From Azolla caroliniana (taxonomy: Eukaryota; Plantae; Polypodiophyta): 64,000 bases of DNA. The notes under the pieces were generated by a model. That model had not been told where the DNA came from, did no database searches, and was given only the letters and a program-made list of their open reading frames with translations. Of this stretch, positions 26,663-40,215 are shown one piece after another; positions within the stretch are counted from its first letter, which is position 1; the number at the start of each line of letters is the position of its first letter. The DNA lies in contig JBHGNT010000010.1 in assembly GCA_043228905.1 (NCBI GenBank), positions 11,098,001-11,162,000 of the forward strand. Reading direction: 5' to 3'. Made by a program: the position numbers and the translations under genes.

Positions 26663-28474
26663 TCAAACACCGATCCATATAAAGACACCTTTGCTTTGCA
26701 TCATTTCCCAAACTCTCGAAACCACTACTGGTTTACCTTGTTGTTGCAAGTTGTGAAGCAATGGTAAGTAGACTTTGACATCACCACTTCCCTCCCATTC
26801 ATTGTGAGAGGGAAAGAGAGCTTTGATGTCACTGAGATGGGGTTTAAATCCCTCTTTGACCATTTCCAAGAAAATTTCACACGCTTCTTCTAACTTACGT
26901 AGCGTGCATAGACCTGTTATCATGGTAGTGAAGATGGCATGATCCCGTGCATCCCTACATGATTTCATGTCATTAAACACATGAAAAGCATCATTTACTC
27001 TCCCTATTTTGCAAAGAGAATGGATCAATTGATTATACATATGGGGCTCAGGTTCAAAACCCTTCTTCCGCATCTCCAAGAACAGATCCATGGCAATCGT
27101 TGCATTACCCATCTTGATCGCACCATTTATCACGAGGCTATATGTTGTTGCATAAATTACAAATTCATTATCCAACATTTCTCGAAACACTCGGTATGCA
27201 TAATCTGCTCTTTGCTCACCACAAAGTCTTTTGAGAAGAGACATGTGGCTCGAAATCCTCACTTGACATTCCTTCATCTCTGATATCATTTTAAAGGTAT
27301 TATGACCAATTTTATGATGGATTTGGAAAGCATTAACTGCATAGCCTTTGGAAATCATGACAGACAAAAGATGCAAGATTTCATCTTTAAGGCTTTCTTG
27401 TTTGAATATCATTGGGAAGCTAGTGGTTGTGATCTGTGACGCTAAATTGGGCCTACATTTTTTCTCCTCTATCAAATCATTAAAATATCGAGCTTCCTCG
27501 AATTTCCCAACCTCACACAACCTGAGAATAATGAGGCTTTGGGTCGAAACCAAAGGCTTGTAACCGTTACAAAGCATTCTATTGGCCAAGACACATGCTT
27601 TGTCCAATTGTCCATCTTCGCAATATGCGCTCACTAAAACAGAGTATATGAGTGAATAATCAACTGGAGTTCCTTCTGCGATAAGTTCATTAAAAAATAC
27701 ACATCCTTTGTCAATCCTTCCAAGATTGCAAAAGCAATATATTAATGCTGAGTAAATGCCGATGTCAGGCTTTAAACGGTCATTTTTCATGTTTTCCAAG
27801 TGAGCAATGGCATCTTCGAGTTTACCAATCGTACAAAACCCACTTATGATATGCCGATGTGTCACAGCATCGGGTGTTATGCCCATATCCTTCATATAAG
27901 CAACAATCTCAAGACACTTTTTCATGTTCATCGATTTTGAAAAAGCATGAATCAAAGCATTTAAAGTGGCCACATCTATGCCCAAGTTGTTTTCTTTAAC
28001 CACATCCAAAGCGCACATAGCATTCTGCATCTGTCCAGACTCGGCAAACTTCATAATCATCCTTTTACACACACCCATGGCTAGATCATTCTTCTCATGA
28101 TGCAAGAGGTGTGTGAGGAGAGTGTTATACGTGTGTGAGCTAGGACAAACACCGAAACTAGTCATTCTCTCGATGGCATAGATAGCTCTGTTGTGCTTCC
28201 CAGCCTCACAATAGTGTCTTATCAACACATTGAAATCACATTCTAGGGTTTCGAGGCCAGATTTCTTCATCGATTCAAAAACATCCCAAGCTTTACCGAA
28301 TCTGTGAGATCGAGATAGGGTCTGTATGAGTGAAGAACTGTCGGTCGTGATGTTGTTGAAGTGGTCATGTGAGGTATCAACGCTCTTCTTCTTCCCGTGA
28401 GAAAAAAGTCTGTAGGAAGATGAGGAGGTCCGAAGAGGAGGTGTTAGCCTGCGTCTCGCCATCGCCGTCGTCAT
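26663..28474 (-). CDS. P-class pentatricopeptide repeat protein, probably mitochondrion-targeted (start at 28474 or 28462)
   Basis: Intronless ~600-aa ORF with tandem ~35-aa helical motifs (FNVLIRHYCEAG, YSALIYCFCNLGRID, YNQLIHSLCKIGRVNDA, M...G..PD). The N-terminus MARRRLTPPLRTSSSSYRLFS is Arg/Ser-rich and lacks acidic residues. No E/DYW domain seen. Confidence 0.9.
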   Translation of the reverse strand: MTTAMARRRLTPPLRTSSSSYRLFSHGKKKSVDTSHDHFNNITTDSSSLIQTLSRSHRFGKAWDVFESMKKSGLETLECDFNVLIRHYCEAGKHNRAIYAIERMTSFGVCPSSHTYNTLLTHLLHHEKNDLAMGVCKRMIMKFAESGQMQNAMCALDVVKENNLGIDVATLNALIHAFSKSMNMKKCLEIVAYMKDMGITPDAVTHRHIISGFCTIGKLEDAIAHLENMKNDRLKPDIGIYSALIYCFCNLGRIDKGCVFFNELIAEGTPVDYSLIYSVLVSAYCEDGQLDKACVLANRMLCNGYKPLVSTQSLIILRLCEVGKFEEARYFNDLIEEKKCRPNLASQITTTSFPMIFKQESLKDEILHLLSVMISKGYAVNAFQIHHKIGHNTFKMISEMKECQVRISSHMSLLKRLCGEQRADYAYRVFREMLDNEFVIYATTYSLVINGAIKMGNATIAMDLFLEMRKKGFEPEPHMYNQLIHSLCKIGRVNDAFHVFNDMKSCRDARDHAIFTTMITGLCTLRKLEEACEIFLEMVKEGFKPHLSDIKALFPSHNEWEGSGDVKVYLPLLHNLQQQGKPVVVSRVWEMMQSKGVFIWIGV

Positions 28475-29469
28475 CGATATGAAGAAATTGGGAATACATA
28501 CATACATACATACATATACATATGTATATATATATGTACGGGATGTGAACACTGAGAGCTTCCACAGCAATCCAGGCAGGCTACATATGCATATGCATTT
28601 TTATGTACATATATCATACATATATATAATATATGCATAGATAGATAGTTAGTTAGTTAGAAGAGCAAATACATACATAGGATACATAACCATGTAGGAA
28701 TGGTGGTGGTGGCGAGCTTCCTCACTTACTTGCCACAATGAGAGAGCCCTGCTACCACCTCATATGACTACAAACATGTGGGCAAGCTCAACCCCAACCA
28801 ATAGGGCACCCCAAACTCCCCTTCAATTTTGAACTCAAACTTCGGCCCACACTCTTGATCAGACTCCCGACCCAACCCCACTACCCTTGCAAAGTTATGA
28901 AAGCATCGATATCAAAGAAAAGCCCCAACACTATAATGGGTCCTCATACAATGCTCAAGCCATCAAAACACTCCCAAGCCGACTCATATGCAAGGGCTAC
29001 CCAAACCCTGGGGAGTGAGGTGATGTACATGGAGCCATAGCCAAACTAAAGACAAAGGAACTAACACCACATGGCATGCTAGGAAATACTTAAAAAAAGC
29101 CTAAGGTTGGCACAAAAAGTGACCCAATTTTTGTTTGCTAAACGTAAGCAACTAGATCGTACAACTGAACAAAAGTGGCATGATTGACTAGTGAGGGAAC
29201 CCGGTACAAGCATAAAACTCCACTAATAGAATAGAGTTTTTGATTGTGGACTATAATATTTACCTCCCAACAAAAACACCAGGCGTACACCACATACGTG
29301 CTAGATATATTTGAATAAAAAGGTTATAACATAGATCGAGAAAGAGAATATAGAAGATGCTATTGACATCAAATAGATACAATGTGCATAATATGAATTC
29401 CTAACTACAATATCATTATGTTATCTCTCACTTGATGATATTCAACTCTTCAATGTGAGGTCTTTATAT

Positions 29470-30170
29470 ACTATTGCCTGTTCAGTGCGGAAGAGCTTTT
29501 GTGAGAATATCATCAATTTGGTCTTCAATTTTGATATATGTTAGGTCTACGACCTCTTCAATCACGTTTCACGAAATAATGATAGTGGACCTCTATATGT
29601 TTGGTCTTGGTATGAAAAACTAGATTTTTTGCCAACATAATAGAACTTATGTTATCACAAAATATTTGAATCACCCTTTGTATAGTAAATCCAAGGTCTT
29701 TGAGCAACATTTCTATCCACACAGCCTCACAAATAGCTTGTGCAACAACTTTATACTCAACTTCGGTTGTGCTTAAAGCAATTGTTGGTTGTTCGACAAC
29801 AACCATGACACAACTGCACTACCCAACGAACACACCATTCCACTCGTGCTCTTTCTTGATGCGTTATCTCTTGCCCAGTCTGCACCTCAACATAACTCAA
29901 GAGACAATTTATTATTAGTACAGATCAATCCAAATTTATCGCGCCTTTGACATATCGAAGTATCCATTTAACTATAACCATGTGTGTATGCTTAGGTGCT
30001 TGCATGAATTTGTTGACAATACTAACGACATGTGCAATATTTGGTCTTGAATTGGTAAGATAAATCAACTTTCCTACTATTTGTTAATATCTCTTTATAT
30101 CGTCAATTGAGCATCCTTCTACTTCCTCGAGATTTGCCTTTGTTTCCATTGGTGTTTTAACTCATTTAGA
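29470..30170 (-). mobile_element. Ty1/copia RT/RNaseH relic
   Basis: ORF 29558-29806 reads ALSTTEVEY..CEAVW..CDNISSI.LAKN.VFH.KTKHIEVHY. An upstream segment at ~30030-30080 encodes VGKLIYLT..RPNIA. Confidence 0.85.
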
Positions 30171-30348
30171 ATCATGCATACCAAATGCTTTCAACATATC
30201 CATCATATAATTTTTCTAACACAACATGAGACCATTGGGGCATCTTCCAAACCAAGAAAGTACCGTAGTCTAGAAGATCTTCATCAAATTCATATGTCAA
30301 TTCTTTCTTAACATTGCTTGATAAGCATTTAGTTCTTGTGACAATGAG

Positions 30349-30599
30349 TGTTGGCATAAAAGGCCGACTCCCTCCAAATTGTATCCTAAAGTGTGAACAT
30401 GTTCCCCAGTTAAGGCTTGAGTATTTAAGCCCAATTAAAAGGTTGTAATGAGAGAGAGTTTTCAGAGAGAACAATATAGTTTTCCATTCTAGCTTCAACT
30501 ATGTGCATCTTACTTCTCTTGTTACCTGTGTTGTTTTGCTTGACATCAATCCCATAGGTCCTCATCTTCTGTTGCACCAACATATCTCCATATTCAACA
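30349..30599 (+). repeat. 5' LTR of copia C1
   Basis: TG...CA termini, homologous to 53048-53346 (roughly 80% by eye), followed by the tRNA-iMet PBS. Confidence 0.85.
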
Positions 30600-31955
30600 T
30601 TTGGTATCAGAGTGACCTTGTTGTCTAGCGGCAACGAACAACAAAAACCTGAACAGTGAAGGTATCCAGCTAAGAGAAAAGACCAGACCAGTAACATCTA
30701 CTACGCACGATGGCTTCAACCTATCTTTAGACTTGCTAATCATCTAAAGATAGGTTGAAGCCATCTTGCATAGTACAAAGCCGGCTTTAATGTCTGCTGA
30801 AGAGTGGAGATCGATGGACGAAATTGCACATTCCACCATTCGGATGCACCTGGTTGAAAACGCCTATTTCAACATGGCAAAGGAGACATCAACATTCCCT
30901 TTGTCGGAGAAACTTTAGGTCGTGTACGAGAAAACGTCCTCGTCATCAAAGCTCATGCTTATTCGACAACTATTCAATATGAAGATGAGAGAGACGGAGT
31001 TGGCGACCTCCTTCATCAACACCTTCAGTCGGGTGTTGTTTGAGCTCTCCTCCCAAGGGATTAACTTCAAAGAAGAAGTTAAATCCCTTGCCATCCTTTT
31101 GAGCTTTCTGGCAAGTTGGGAGGTATTCTGCATGACATTTGCCAATAGTTGTCCAAACCTCAATTTGGACGAGACAATTGGACAAGTCCTCACTGAGGAT
31201 ATTCAACGAAAATCAATGGGTTTCACCATTGAAGATTTGGTAGAAGCCCATTACTCAACGGAATCAACCGAGAGAACCAGCCGAAGTCGAGGAATAGTCG
31301 ATCAAGTGCTTTATGCACCCATTGTAGAAAGATTGGTCACAATGTTTCCAATTGTTGGTTGATAAAAAAAAATGAGAACAATTGGCGATTCGATCAAACT
31401 CAAGGAAAATCGGATTCGAATCATTCTCCTATTGACAACCAAGCCAATGTTGCCAAATCCCGTTCCGGAGAGGTTCTCTCCTTGGAAGACTCCTCAATCG
31501 GTGAAATCCTTTATAGCGTGGAAGATGTGCAAACGTGGTTGCTAGAATTTGGCGTCACATTTCACATAACCCCCCGATATCGAATGGTTTTCGCACTATT
31601 CGGCCAATGCCTGTGACACAGTCCGACTTGGCAATGGACAGGAGTGCCAAATCGAAGGGATCAGAGATGTCCCCATTCAATTGTTGAACGACAATTCAAT
31701 CACCCTACACCGAACCGAGTCCGGCATGTACCTGAGCTTAAGAGGAGTTTGGTCTCCATTGGCATGCTAGCCGAAGCCAAGTATAGTAAGACTCTAAGTG
31801 AGTCGTCATGGATGATCAACTTAGGGAACATGAAAATCAGCTTCGGCTGCAAGTACAACAACTTGTATTCGTTGATGGCGATTAGTCCAAAAGGGGCCAT
31901 GAATGTAGCCAATTTGTCAGAATCAAACCTATGGCTAATGACGGTTGGCTACATC

Positions 31956-32427
31956 TGTTAAGAATCTATTACTAATCAATAGACCAAACTAAAGTAAAAG
32001 AAGGAAAATAGAATGGATGGAAGAACCCGTTCCACCCGACCACCCCCGAGCTATGATCTAGACATAGCCAACCTACCACCGACGTCCCAACCGCCGGATA
32101 TTAGGATGACTAATACCTTGGAAGAGATAAACACAGTTGTCGAGACAAAAGCCTAGCCCGCACCACCGGTGTCTAAGACAACAACCTTCCGACGTAATGT
32201 GATTATGAGGGTAGCTAAGCCTCATATTTATACCTTTTCCTAGGCCCCTTGAATAAATGTGCTTTTCTAAAAGGCTCTCCATTCATTGGTTCTCCAAATC
32301 ATGATAGTGCATGCACCTATCATTCCTTCTATCCAATCATTAGTCCCCTTTTAAACATTAGTGAACGTACCCTTCACTAATGTAAATATTAGTGACCTAC
32401 CCTCACCAACGTTATGTGTACATAACA
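31956..32427 (-). repeat. 3' LTR of the chromovirus
   Basis: Direct repeat of 38510-38982, TG...CA termini, adjacent to the PPT (GGGGAGTA on the minus strand). Confidence 0.95.
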
Positions 32428-35400
32428 TACTCCCCTACTTCAAAAGATTGCACTCTTGCAATATAAAGTGAGGAAATTGTGCATTAAGAGTATGTCCGCG
32501 TTCCCATGTGGCATCATCAATAGGTTTATCCATCCATTTGACCTTGAATAGCCGAATCTCTTTAGAACGTAAACGTTTAGTACGAGAATCAAGAATTCGT
32601 TTAGGAACATGAGGTTTGTAATAAAAATCCTCTAATGTTACAAGACCTTGGATTGTGATGGTGTTATCACCAGAGCCTAAAAATGGTTTTAGATGACTGA
32701 CGTGAAAAATAGGATGAATACCAATGTTACGGGGTAAGGCAAGGTGATAAGCAGATGACCCAACCCGCTTAAGGATCTCAAATGGGCCACAATATCGTGG
32801 GGCTAACTTAGCGCACTTGCCCGTAGATAATGAAGTAGAGTCAGTAGGGACACGCAAAAAAACTTTTTGACCAATAGTAAATGCATGAGGATGTCTATCC
32901 TGATCAACATAAAATCAAGCATGAGCTTGAGCCGTCTTGACATTCTCTTTGGCAATATGCAACATTTGGTTCATGTCTTGCAGAAATTTGCATGCACTGT
33001 CTAATGTCACGATGAATGGTGACATCAACTGGGGCACGTGGCTGAAAACCATACATCAAACATAAAAGGACTATATCCAGTGGATGTATGTTTCGAGCTA
33101 TTATAGGAAAATTCTAAGATAGGAAGGTAATGCTCCCACTTAGAAGGGGTTTTTGCTACATAAGCTCGAAGCATGTCCTCAATAATTTCATTAACTCGTT
33201 CAGTTTGTCCATTAGACTGAGGATGATATGCGGAACTCATGCTCAATGTAGTTTCTAGTTTCTTAAAGACCCGAGTCCAAAAGTCACTAGTAAACTTGGA
33301 ATCTCGATCACTAAAAATATCCATCATTAATCCATAAAAGCGAAATAACTCATCAACAAATTGATAAGCCAATTGTTGAGCGGTTACCGTGGTTTTGGTA
33401 GGAATAAATCTAGCCAATTTTGTTAGTCTGTCAACAACAACCCAAATGGCATCATGACCCCTAGGTGTATGAGGCAAACTAACAATAAAATCCATTGAGA
33501 TACTTTCCCATTTGTTGTTGGGAATATCTAAGGGATGTAAAAGACCTACAACTTTAAGTCGTTCTAACTTATTAATCTGACATTGTAAGCATTGAGTTAT
33601 GCATTTATGCACGTTAGAGCGCATCTTAGGCCAGAAAAAAGTACTCGAGATGAGAACGAGTGTGCCTTGTATTCCAGGATGACCAGGAGATGATGCATCA
33701 TGACATTCATGAATAATTTTCTGTTTTACGTTTGGTAAATCTAGAACACAGACCTTTCCACTACGGTAGAGCAAACCATTTGTAATGTGAAAGGTCGCCT
33801 TCGAGGGTAGGGTGCTAGTATCGGCATCTAAACCAGATTCGGCTTTCGTCCAGTATTTCGAAAAATAACTGTCATCAAGGTATTTCCCTCGAAGGTGATC
33901 TAAAATATCAAATTTTATTTCCGTGAAGATAAGCATGTTAACTTCTTTAATGCGACTAAGAGCATCCGCAACAGTGTTCATAGAACCCTTGTGATACCAT
34001 ATGGAAAAATCAAAATCTTGCATAAGGTCAGCCCAACGACCTTTATGACCAACAAGATCTGGCTAGTCACAAAAATACTTCAATGATCGATGGTCTGTTG
34101 TAACCACAAATTTATTTCCATAGAGATAGTGCCTCCATGTTTTAAGTGCAAAAAACTCTTTCTCTTGAACCGAATACCGAGATTGAGCAGCATCAAGCTT
34201 CTTACTTTCAAAAGCAATAGGGTGACCGCCTTGATAAAGAATGACATCAATAACATAATCACTAGCATCGGTTTCAATTGAGAAAGGCTTGGAAGCGTTC
34301 GGTAATAGAAGAGTGGGAGCCTGACACACATGCTCTTTGAGTATCTCAAATGATTTTTCAAGTTGTTCATTCCATGCAATTGGTTTGACAGAGTTACGTG
34401 GATGACCTTTTAAAAGGTCAGTTAATGGCGTAGTCAATTTGGAATAGTTACGAATTGATTTTCGTAAAAATCCAACAAACCCTAACAATGATCATAGTTC
34501 ACAAATATTACGAGGAATGGGCCAAAGTTTAACCTTTTCAATACGAGAAGGTTCAATTTCAACACCAACTTCCGTAATTAAATGACCTAGGTACACAATA
34601 GATTTTTGGAAAAAATCACATTTTGAATGTTTTGCATAGAAAGAGTTGTCACGCAACTTTTGCAAAACAAATCGAACATGTTGAACATGATCTTGCAAGG
34701 TACGACTATATATCAAAATATCATCCAAGAAGATGACAACAAAATCACCGAGTTGATATCGGAAAACGTCATTCATCGCTTGTTGGAATGTCGCTAGAGC
34801 ATTAGTCAACCCGAAAGGCATGACTAAAACTCATAATGGCCATAGCACATACGAAAAGTGGTTTTAAGAATATCATCCTCGGCAATGCGAATATGATGAT
34901 AACCTGTTCGTAAGTCAATTTTCGTAAAATATCGAGCCCCATGCAAACGATCAATCAAATCATCGGCTCCAGGTAACGGATATGCATTTTTAATTGTTAT
35001 TTTATTTAAATGGAGATAATTGATACACATTCGCCATGAACCTTCCTTCTTCTTAACTAATAGAACTGACGCACCCCAAGGTGATTTACTATACCTAATG
35101 TGGCCCATACTCAAGTATTCCTTAAGTCGTTTAGCGATCTCATCCTCTTCTAATCGACTGAGTCGGTAAGGTGCAATGCTCATAGGAGCAGCACTGGGGA
35201 TGAGTTCAATTTGGTGGTCCACATTACGTTGTGGTGGTAAAGTAAGCGATAATTCGTTAGGAAACACGTCTTGAAAATCATCTAAAATAGAGTCAAGTAA
35301 TCGTTGTTCATAATGTGGTAATGGTGTGGCGTCAATATTAAAATAATAAAATTGAAGCGCGGGATCAATTACACACGAATAAATTAATGAACTAGAATAC

Positions 35401-37845
35401 TCACTTAAAGATTTAGAAGATACAAGTGAACAAGAAGGAAGTTTGGAACATTGAATAAAATGTTTACAATTATTAAGTTCAAATGTGATTGAGTGATTAA
35501 CCAAATCAATGGACAAAGAAGGGTTTTTATTAAAAAACCAAGGGTATCCTAAAATGACATCTGTAGATTGTAGTTTCATAAAATGAAAGTCAAGCTTCTC
35601 CAAATAGGTATCTATTTGAATTGGCAGTTGACAAACAATGCCACTGATGTATTGAACACTTCCTTTTGCCATGTGAACTTGATAGATATGATCACTTGCG
35701 TTTATGTGGAGTTCCATTTGCTGCAGAAAGTGATCATTAAGAAAATTGTGCGAACTACCGGAATCAAATAAGAAATGTGCTTGTGTTCCATTGATATACT
35801 CAACTGCTCGGAGTAAATCATTAGGTCCAAGTAAATGTGAAGGAAAAGTGCATTCACATGAACTTAAATGGTTGGCATGAACTTTAACAACATCAAAAGA
35901 CTCACCTGTGTGACTCGTAGATTTGTCTTGAGGAGGGGTGTTCATTGACTTCCTCTCAAGATGACGACAGGTATCCTTTGTGTGGCCCCGTTTCTTGCAA
36001 TATGCACAAAAGAGGTTAGGTTTCTTGGAGTCGCGATCAAGAGTGTCATTGGATTGCTTATGTTTCCCAATGAACTTGACATTCAGAGTTTTGGCAAACT
36101 CAGGTTTATTGTGGTCTTTCTTGGAAGTCCTATGGTACCGAAGTACAATGCTGACGACTTCCTCAAATGTTGTGGGGTCCTTGTCATGGACAATCCAATG
36201 TTAATCCCCATTAGGAATACCATTCAAAAAGCAAGCAATAAACCATTTCTCACCAGTAAGTCCCGATTTTTGGATCTGGGTCCGAGCATGATGCACATAA
36301 TCCTTGAGAGAGGTAAATGGCTTACTCGACAACGTGATCAAGTGTTGTTCTTGTTTAGTTTGAGAAGGTGGCTGCAAAAACCGTTTCTTAAAAACATCAA
36401 TGAAACCTTCCCAAGTTGTGGGTAAGTTCTTTGCAGTCCTTAAGCTGCGCCACCAAGCAGTAGCTCGGCCACCTAACTCACGACCAACGTAACCAATTTT
36501 TACAACATTAGGCTTGGTGTGGAGCTCAAAGTGAGACTCCCAACGACCAAGCCAAGTGCTAATGGCCTCCTCGGTTCTTTCTTTCTTATCTCCCTTGAAT
36601 GGTGTTACTACGAAAGAAGGCTCGCCTTCTTTCTTGGACTCAATAGTCAATTTGTGGAATTTCTTTTCCAATGCCATATTGGCCTGCCTCATTTCAGCCA
36701 ATTGATTCAAGGTAGTAGTGAGCAATTGCTCAATAGTGATCTCAGGTTGTGTGCGAGATGCGGACTGGAGTTGAGAGGTCTCGATCGAAGAGATTGTTCC
36801 AACAACGTTCAAAACTTGTTCCATGATGCAAGCTGTGGGTATGCAATATAAATAAGGAGGTTCAAAAAATACACAAGCAAAATGAATGCTTGGAATTTTG
36901 ATTGTAAGAACTTTACCAAGAAAGAATCTCACATCTTTACCCCTCTAGACATATGAGATGTGATTCGAGATCCGATAACTATGGTAACACTATGGTGTTT
37001 TAAAAACCATGGGGGAAAACATAGCTAAGATGTCTTTCTCAGATCTCTATCTTGAATAATCATGGCGGCTCCCTGAGGCTCAACCATGGTTCTAACATCA
37101 ACGTAGTTTCCTAGTTAGCCTTATATTAGAATGCCAACCCAACATGTATTGATATGGTCGAGAAAGTGTACGAGAAAAAACAAGTGCACTCGCAAGTAAT
37201 ATTCTAATCTTGCAAGTAACAAGCAAATGTTATAATAAAAACGATAAAATAAGGCACTACCCATAAGAATCAAGTAGTGACGAAAACAAGGGTCAATAAA
37301 TCCATGTGTTACCTACTAAAAACAAATGTCACAAATAAATGGATGGTGCGAGGTATGCACATATACATCCCAATATGGTGGTTGTAATTTGCACAATTGT
37401 GACATAAGCTACAAATTGATACAAGTGGCAGTGGTGTTGTGCGCAAAGATGTAGAACTCAAATCTATGAGTAAAACATCAATAGGGGAACTCATGTGGTT
37501 TTACTCGAGTTCTAAGGCTCGATAATATGAGTTAAACCTAGATGAGCCGTTGGAAAAAATCGTTCAAAAAACGGCATGATGCCCACTCAATATTAAAAAA
37601 TAGTCTACATGAATCGTTACACCATTAAATGTACGTAAATAGTGTAGATGAACTTAAAATAAGGGGCAAGAAAGAGAGTTAATTGTGGTTGGGTAAATGA
37701 CAATTACTAGAAAATCATGCATAAGTGAAACGAAAATTTGTGTAATTAGAAATTAATTAGAATAATAATCAATTAGGTGTATGAATCATTAAGCATTCCT
37801 TAAGATATGAAACCCTAAGGTAGTCGACATGCACCTCCTCAAGAC

Positions 37846-38068
37846 CACCACATCTCCCTAGAATCGGCCAATTGATAGCTCAATAAAGAGTAAAGTGGCA
37901 TAGGTAAATGACATATACCTTGTTAAGGCCACACCATCCCATAGAATCGGCCAAGTGATGGCTCAATAGAGAGTAAAGTGGCATAGGTAAGCGATATACA
38001 CCTCGTCAAGACCACAACATCCCATAGAATCAGCCAAGTGATGGCTCAATAAAGGGAAGAGTGGCATA
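37846..38068. repeat. ~83-bp tandem repeat (about 2.7 copies) in the chromovirus 5' leader
   Basis: GAATCGGCCAA..ATGGCTCAATA..AGTGGCATA starts at 37861, 37944 and 38027. Confidence 0.8.
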
Positions 38069-38509
38069 CTCAACATCATATGCAAAAGGGCCACGAGGTG
38101 AGCGTGTGCGATTAGGGCAAACACGCTTGACCCAATGCACAAGAATAATTATTATCATAAGAGATGGCTCATGAGAGGGGAGAGTGGGAGATACATCGCA
38201 ATATGCAAAAGGGCCATGAGTTGAGCATGTGCGATTAGTGCAAACACACACGACCCAATGCATAAGTAGATTAACATCGTATGATGGTAGAAAGAAGAAA
38301 GAAAAGAAAAGAAAACGTAATACCACTTCCATATGACCAAGAAGAAAGAATCATAGAAAAGAAAAGATAGATCGAGAAAGAAGAATACCGGGTTAAGAAT
38401 GTTGTTTTGATCCAGTGAAGAGCATGACGAGCCTTGTTAGATCCCCATCGCTCACACGCAAAAAACATCAAAACAACAAAAAAATTGTTAGTAAATGCCC
38501 TGATACCAC

Positions 38510-38982
38510 TGTTAAGAGTCTATTACTAATCAATAGACCAAACTAAAGTAAAAGAAGGAAAATAGAATGGATAGAAGAACCCGTTCCATCCGACTACCCC
38601 CGAGCTATGATCTAGACATAGCCAACCTACCACCGACGTCCCATACCGCCGGATATTAGGATGACTAATACCTTGGAAGAGATAAAGACGATCGTCAAGA
38701 CGAAAGTCTAGCCCGCACCACCGGTGTATAAGACAACAACCTTCCGACGTAATGTGATTATGAGGGTAGCTAAGCCTCATATTTATACCTTTTCCTAGGA
38801 CTCTTGAATAGATGTGCCTTTCTAAAAGGCTCTCCATTCATTGGTTCTCCAAATCATGATAGTGCATGCACCTATCATTCCTTCTATCCAATCATTAGTC
38901 CCCTTTTAAACATTAGTGAACATACCCTTCACTAATGTAAATATTAGTGACCTACCCTCACCAACGTTATGTGTACATAACA
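38510..38982 (-). repeat. 5' LTR of the chromovirus
   Basis: Direct repeat of 31956-32427; PBS adjacent. Confidence 0.95.
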
Positions 38983-39516
38983 ACATCCCGAAATTCCAGT
39001 AAAAGACAGAAATTTGCGACCTTTGTCGTTACGGGAAATAGACCCGAAGTTCGGACTCTCTCAAATATGAGAGGGTACAACAACATCTAGGGCTGGTACA
39101 CACCGACATCTGTGGGCTGATGCCTGAAACATCTCTAGGCGGCTCTCGATATTTCATCACATTTGTAGATGACTATACACGGAAGGTTTGGGCCTATTTG
39201 ATTAGGTCGAAGGAAGAAGCAGGGTCTTCACTCGTTGGTTAGCCAAAGTGGAAAACCAATTAGGACATAGGGAAAGACTCTCCGGTTCGGCAACGGAGGT
39301 GAGTACACCTCCTGAGCCTTCAAACAATACCTACCCAACAAGGGAATTTGGCATTAGAAGACCGTTCCATATAATCACATGGAACGAATGAACCGGATGA
39401 TCCAAGAGAGGGTGACGACAATGCTCTAGCAATCTAGACTAAAGCTGGAATTCTAGGTTGAAGCATTGCAGAAGACTGTTTATTTAATCAATCTTTCGCT
39501 GTCAAGAGCAATCCGG

Positions 39517-40212
39517 TGTCGTGAAGAAAACCGCCCACAAGAGGAATCGGAGGAACAAGGCGTGGGAAACGGCTCTACACACACACGCGCGCCAGGAAGT
39601 ACCTAAGGACGAAGTAGGTACATACGAGGATCCTAGGTGGGTAGATTCGGTTGGTATGCAGTTAATGCCAAACGGCCTCTTGACGGGCTATAAAAAGGAA
39701 GAGGAAGACTAGAAGTGGGATATCTCGGGCGGAGAGGACGAAGTGCTGCCGAACCGATTTCGGAGCTTCTCTCTCACTCCTGCCTTCTCTGTCTTCTGCT
39801 CCATCGCGTACCTGTGCAGGTTTCGAGGAGGCTTGCGCTGTTCCGTGGAACGCCCCGAGCGCGTCCTGCAGCACCTCCGACCTGTTTTCCCTTTCTGTGC
39901 GTCGCGACATACAGGGGTCGGCATCTGTTCGCCGCCCTGTTCGTTTTCATTAGTATCTATTTCGTGCCCCACCGTGGGTTGTAATACTTTAGTCTGTTAT
40001 TTTCTTGCATTCGTAAGTACGTATCTTTCGTTGTTGCGTCCATCTGCGTCGGCGTTTATTTGTGGTCTCTGTTTGTTGGGCCGTGTCCCTATGCAATCTT
40101 CGGTTCTGTGTAATCGGGTCTCTCTCTCTTACTCCTCTCTCTCTTGCTCTTCGGTCCAAGACCCCCGTGGTCCCTCCTCCTTTCTGCACGCAAGGGCGTA
40201 GCAACCCCGACA
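39517..40212 (+). repeat. 5' LTR of G3
   Basis: TGTCG...CGACA termini; TATAAAA at ~39689; near-identical to 45943-46638. Confidence 0.97.
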
Positions 40213-40215
40213 TCT

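Larger units (their letters stand above)
31956..38982 (-). mobile_element. full-length chromovirus (Ty3/gypsy with chromodomain), degenerate, 5-bp TSD ACATC
   Basis: LTRs 31956-32427 and 38510-38982 (~95% identical by eye). TSD ACATC at 31951-31955 and 38983-38987. PBS TGGTATCAGGGC 38497-38508. gag 36201-36824; protease/RT 34492-35945 ([14 protein letters not shown]); RNaseH 34063-34488; integrase 33025-34023; GPF motif plus chromodomain (RILDSR..FKVKW..DDATWE) 32435-32857. Confidence 0.95.

Noticed and set aside
28475-28570. N-terminal extension of the PPR ORF from the track start
   Set aside because: Non-ATG start running through a (TATG)n microsatellite; the ATG at 28474 or 28462 precedes a plausible transit peptide.
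37846-38068. Regularly spaced repeats resembling a CRISPR array (also 53923-54500)
   Set aside because: Whole units repeat with no unique spacers, the context is a eukaryotic TE, and there are no cas genes.
39521-40213. Short ORFs duplicated at 39.5-40.2 kb and 45.9-46.6 kb
   Set aside because: They are duplicated only because they lie in the two LTRs; no coding signature.
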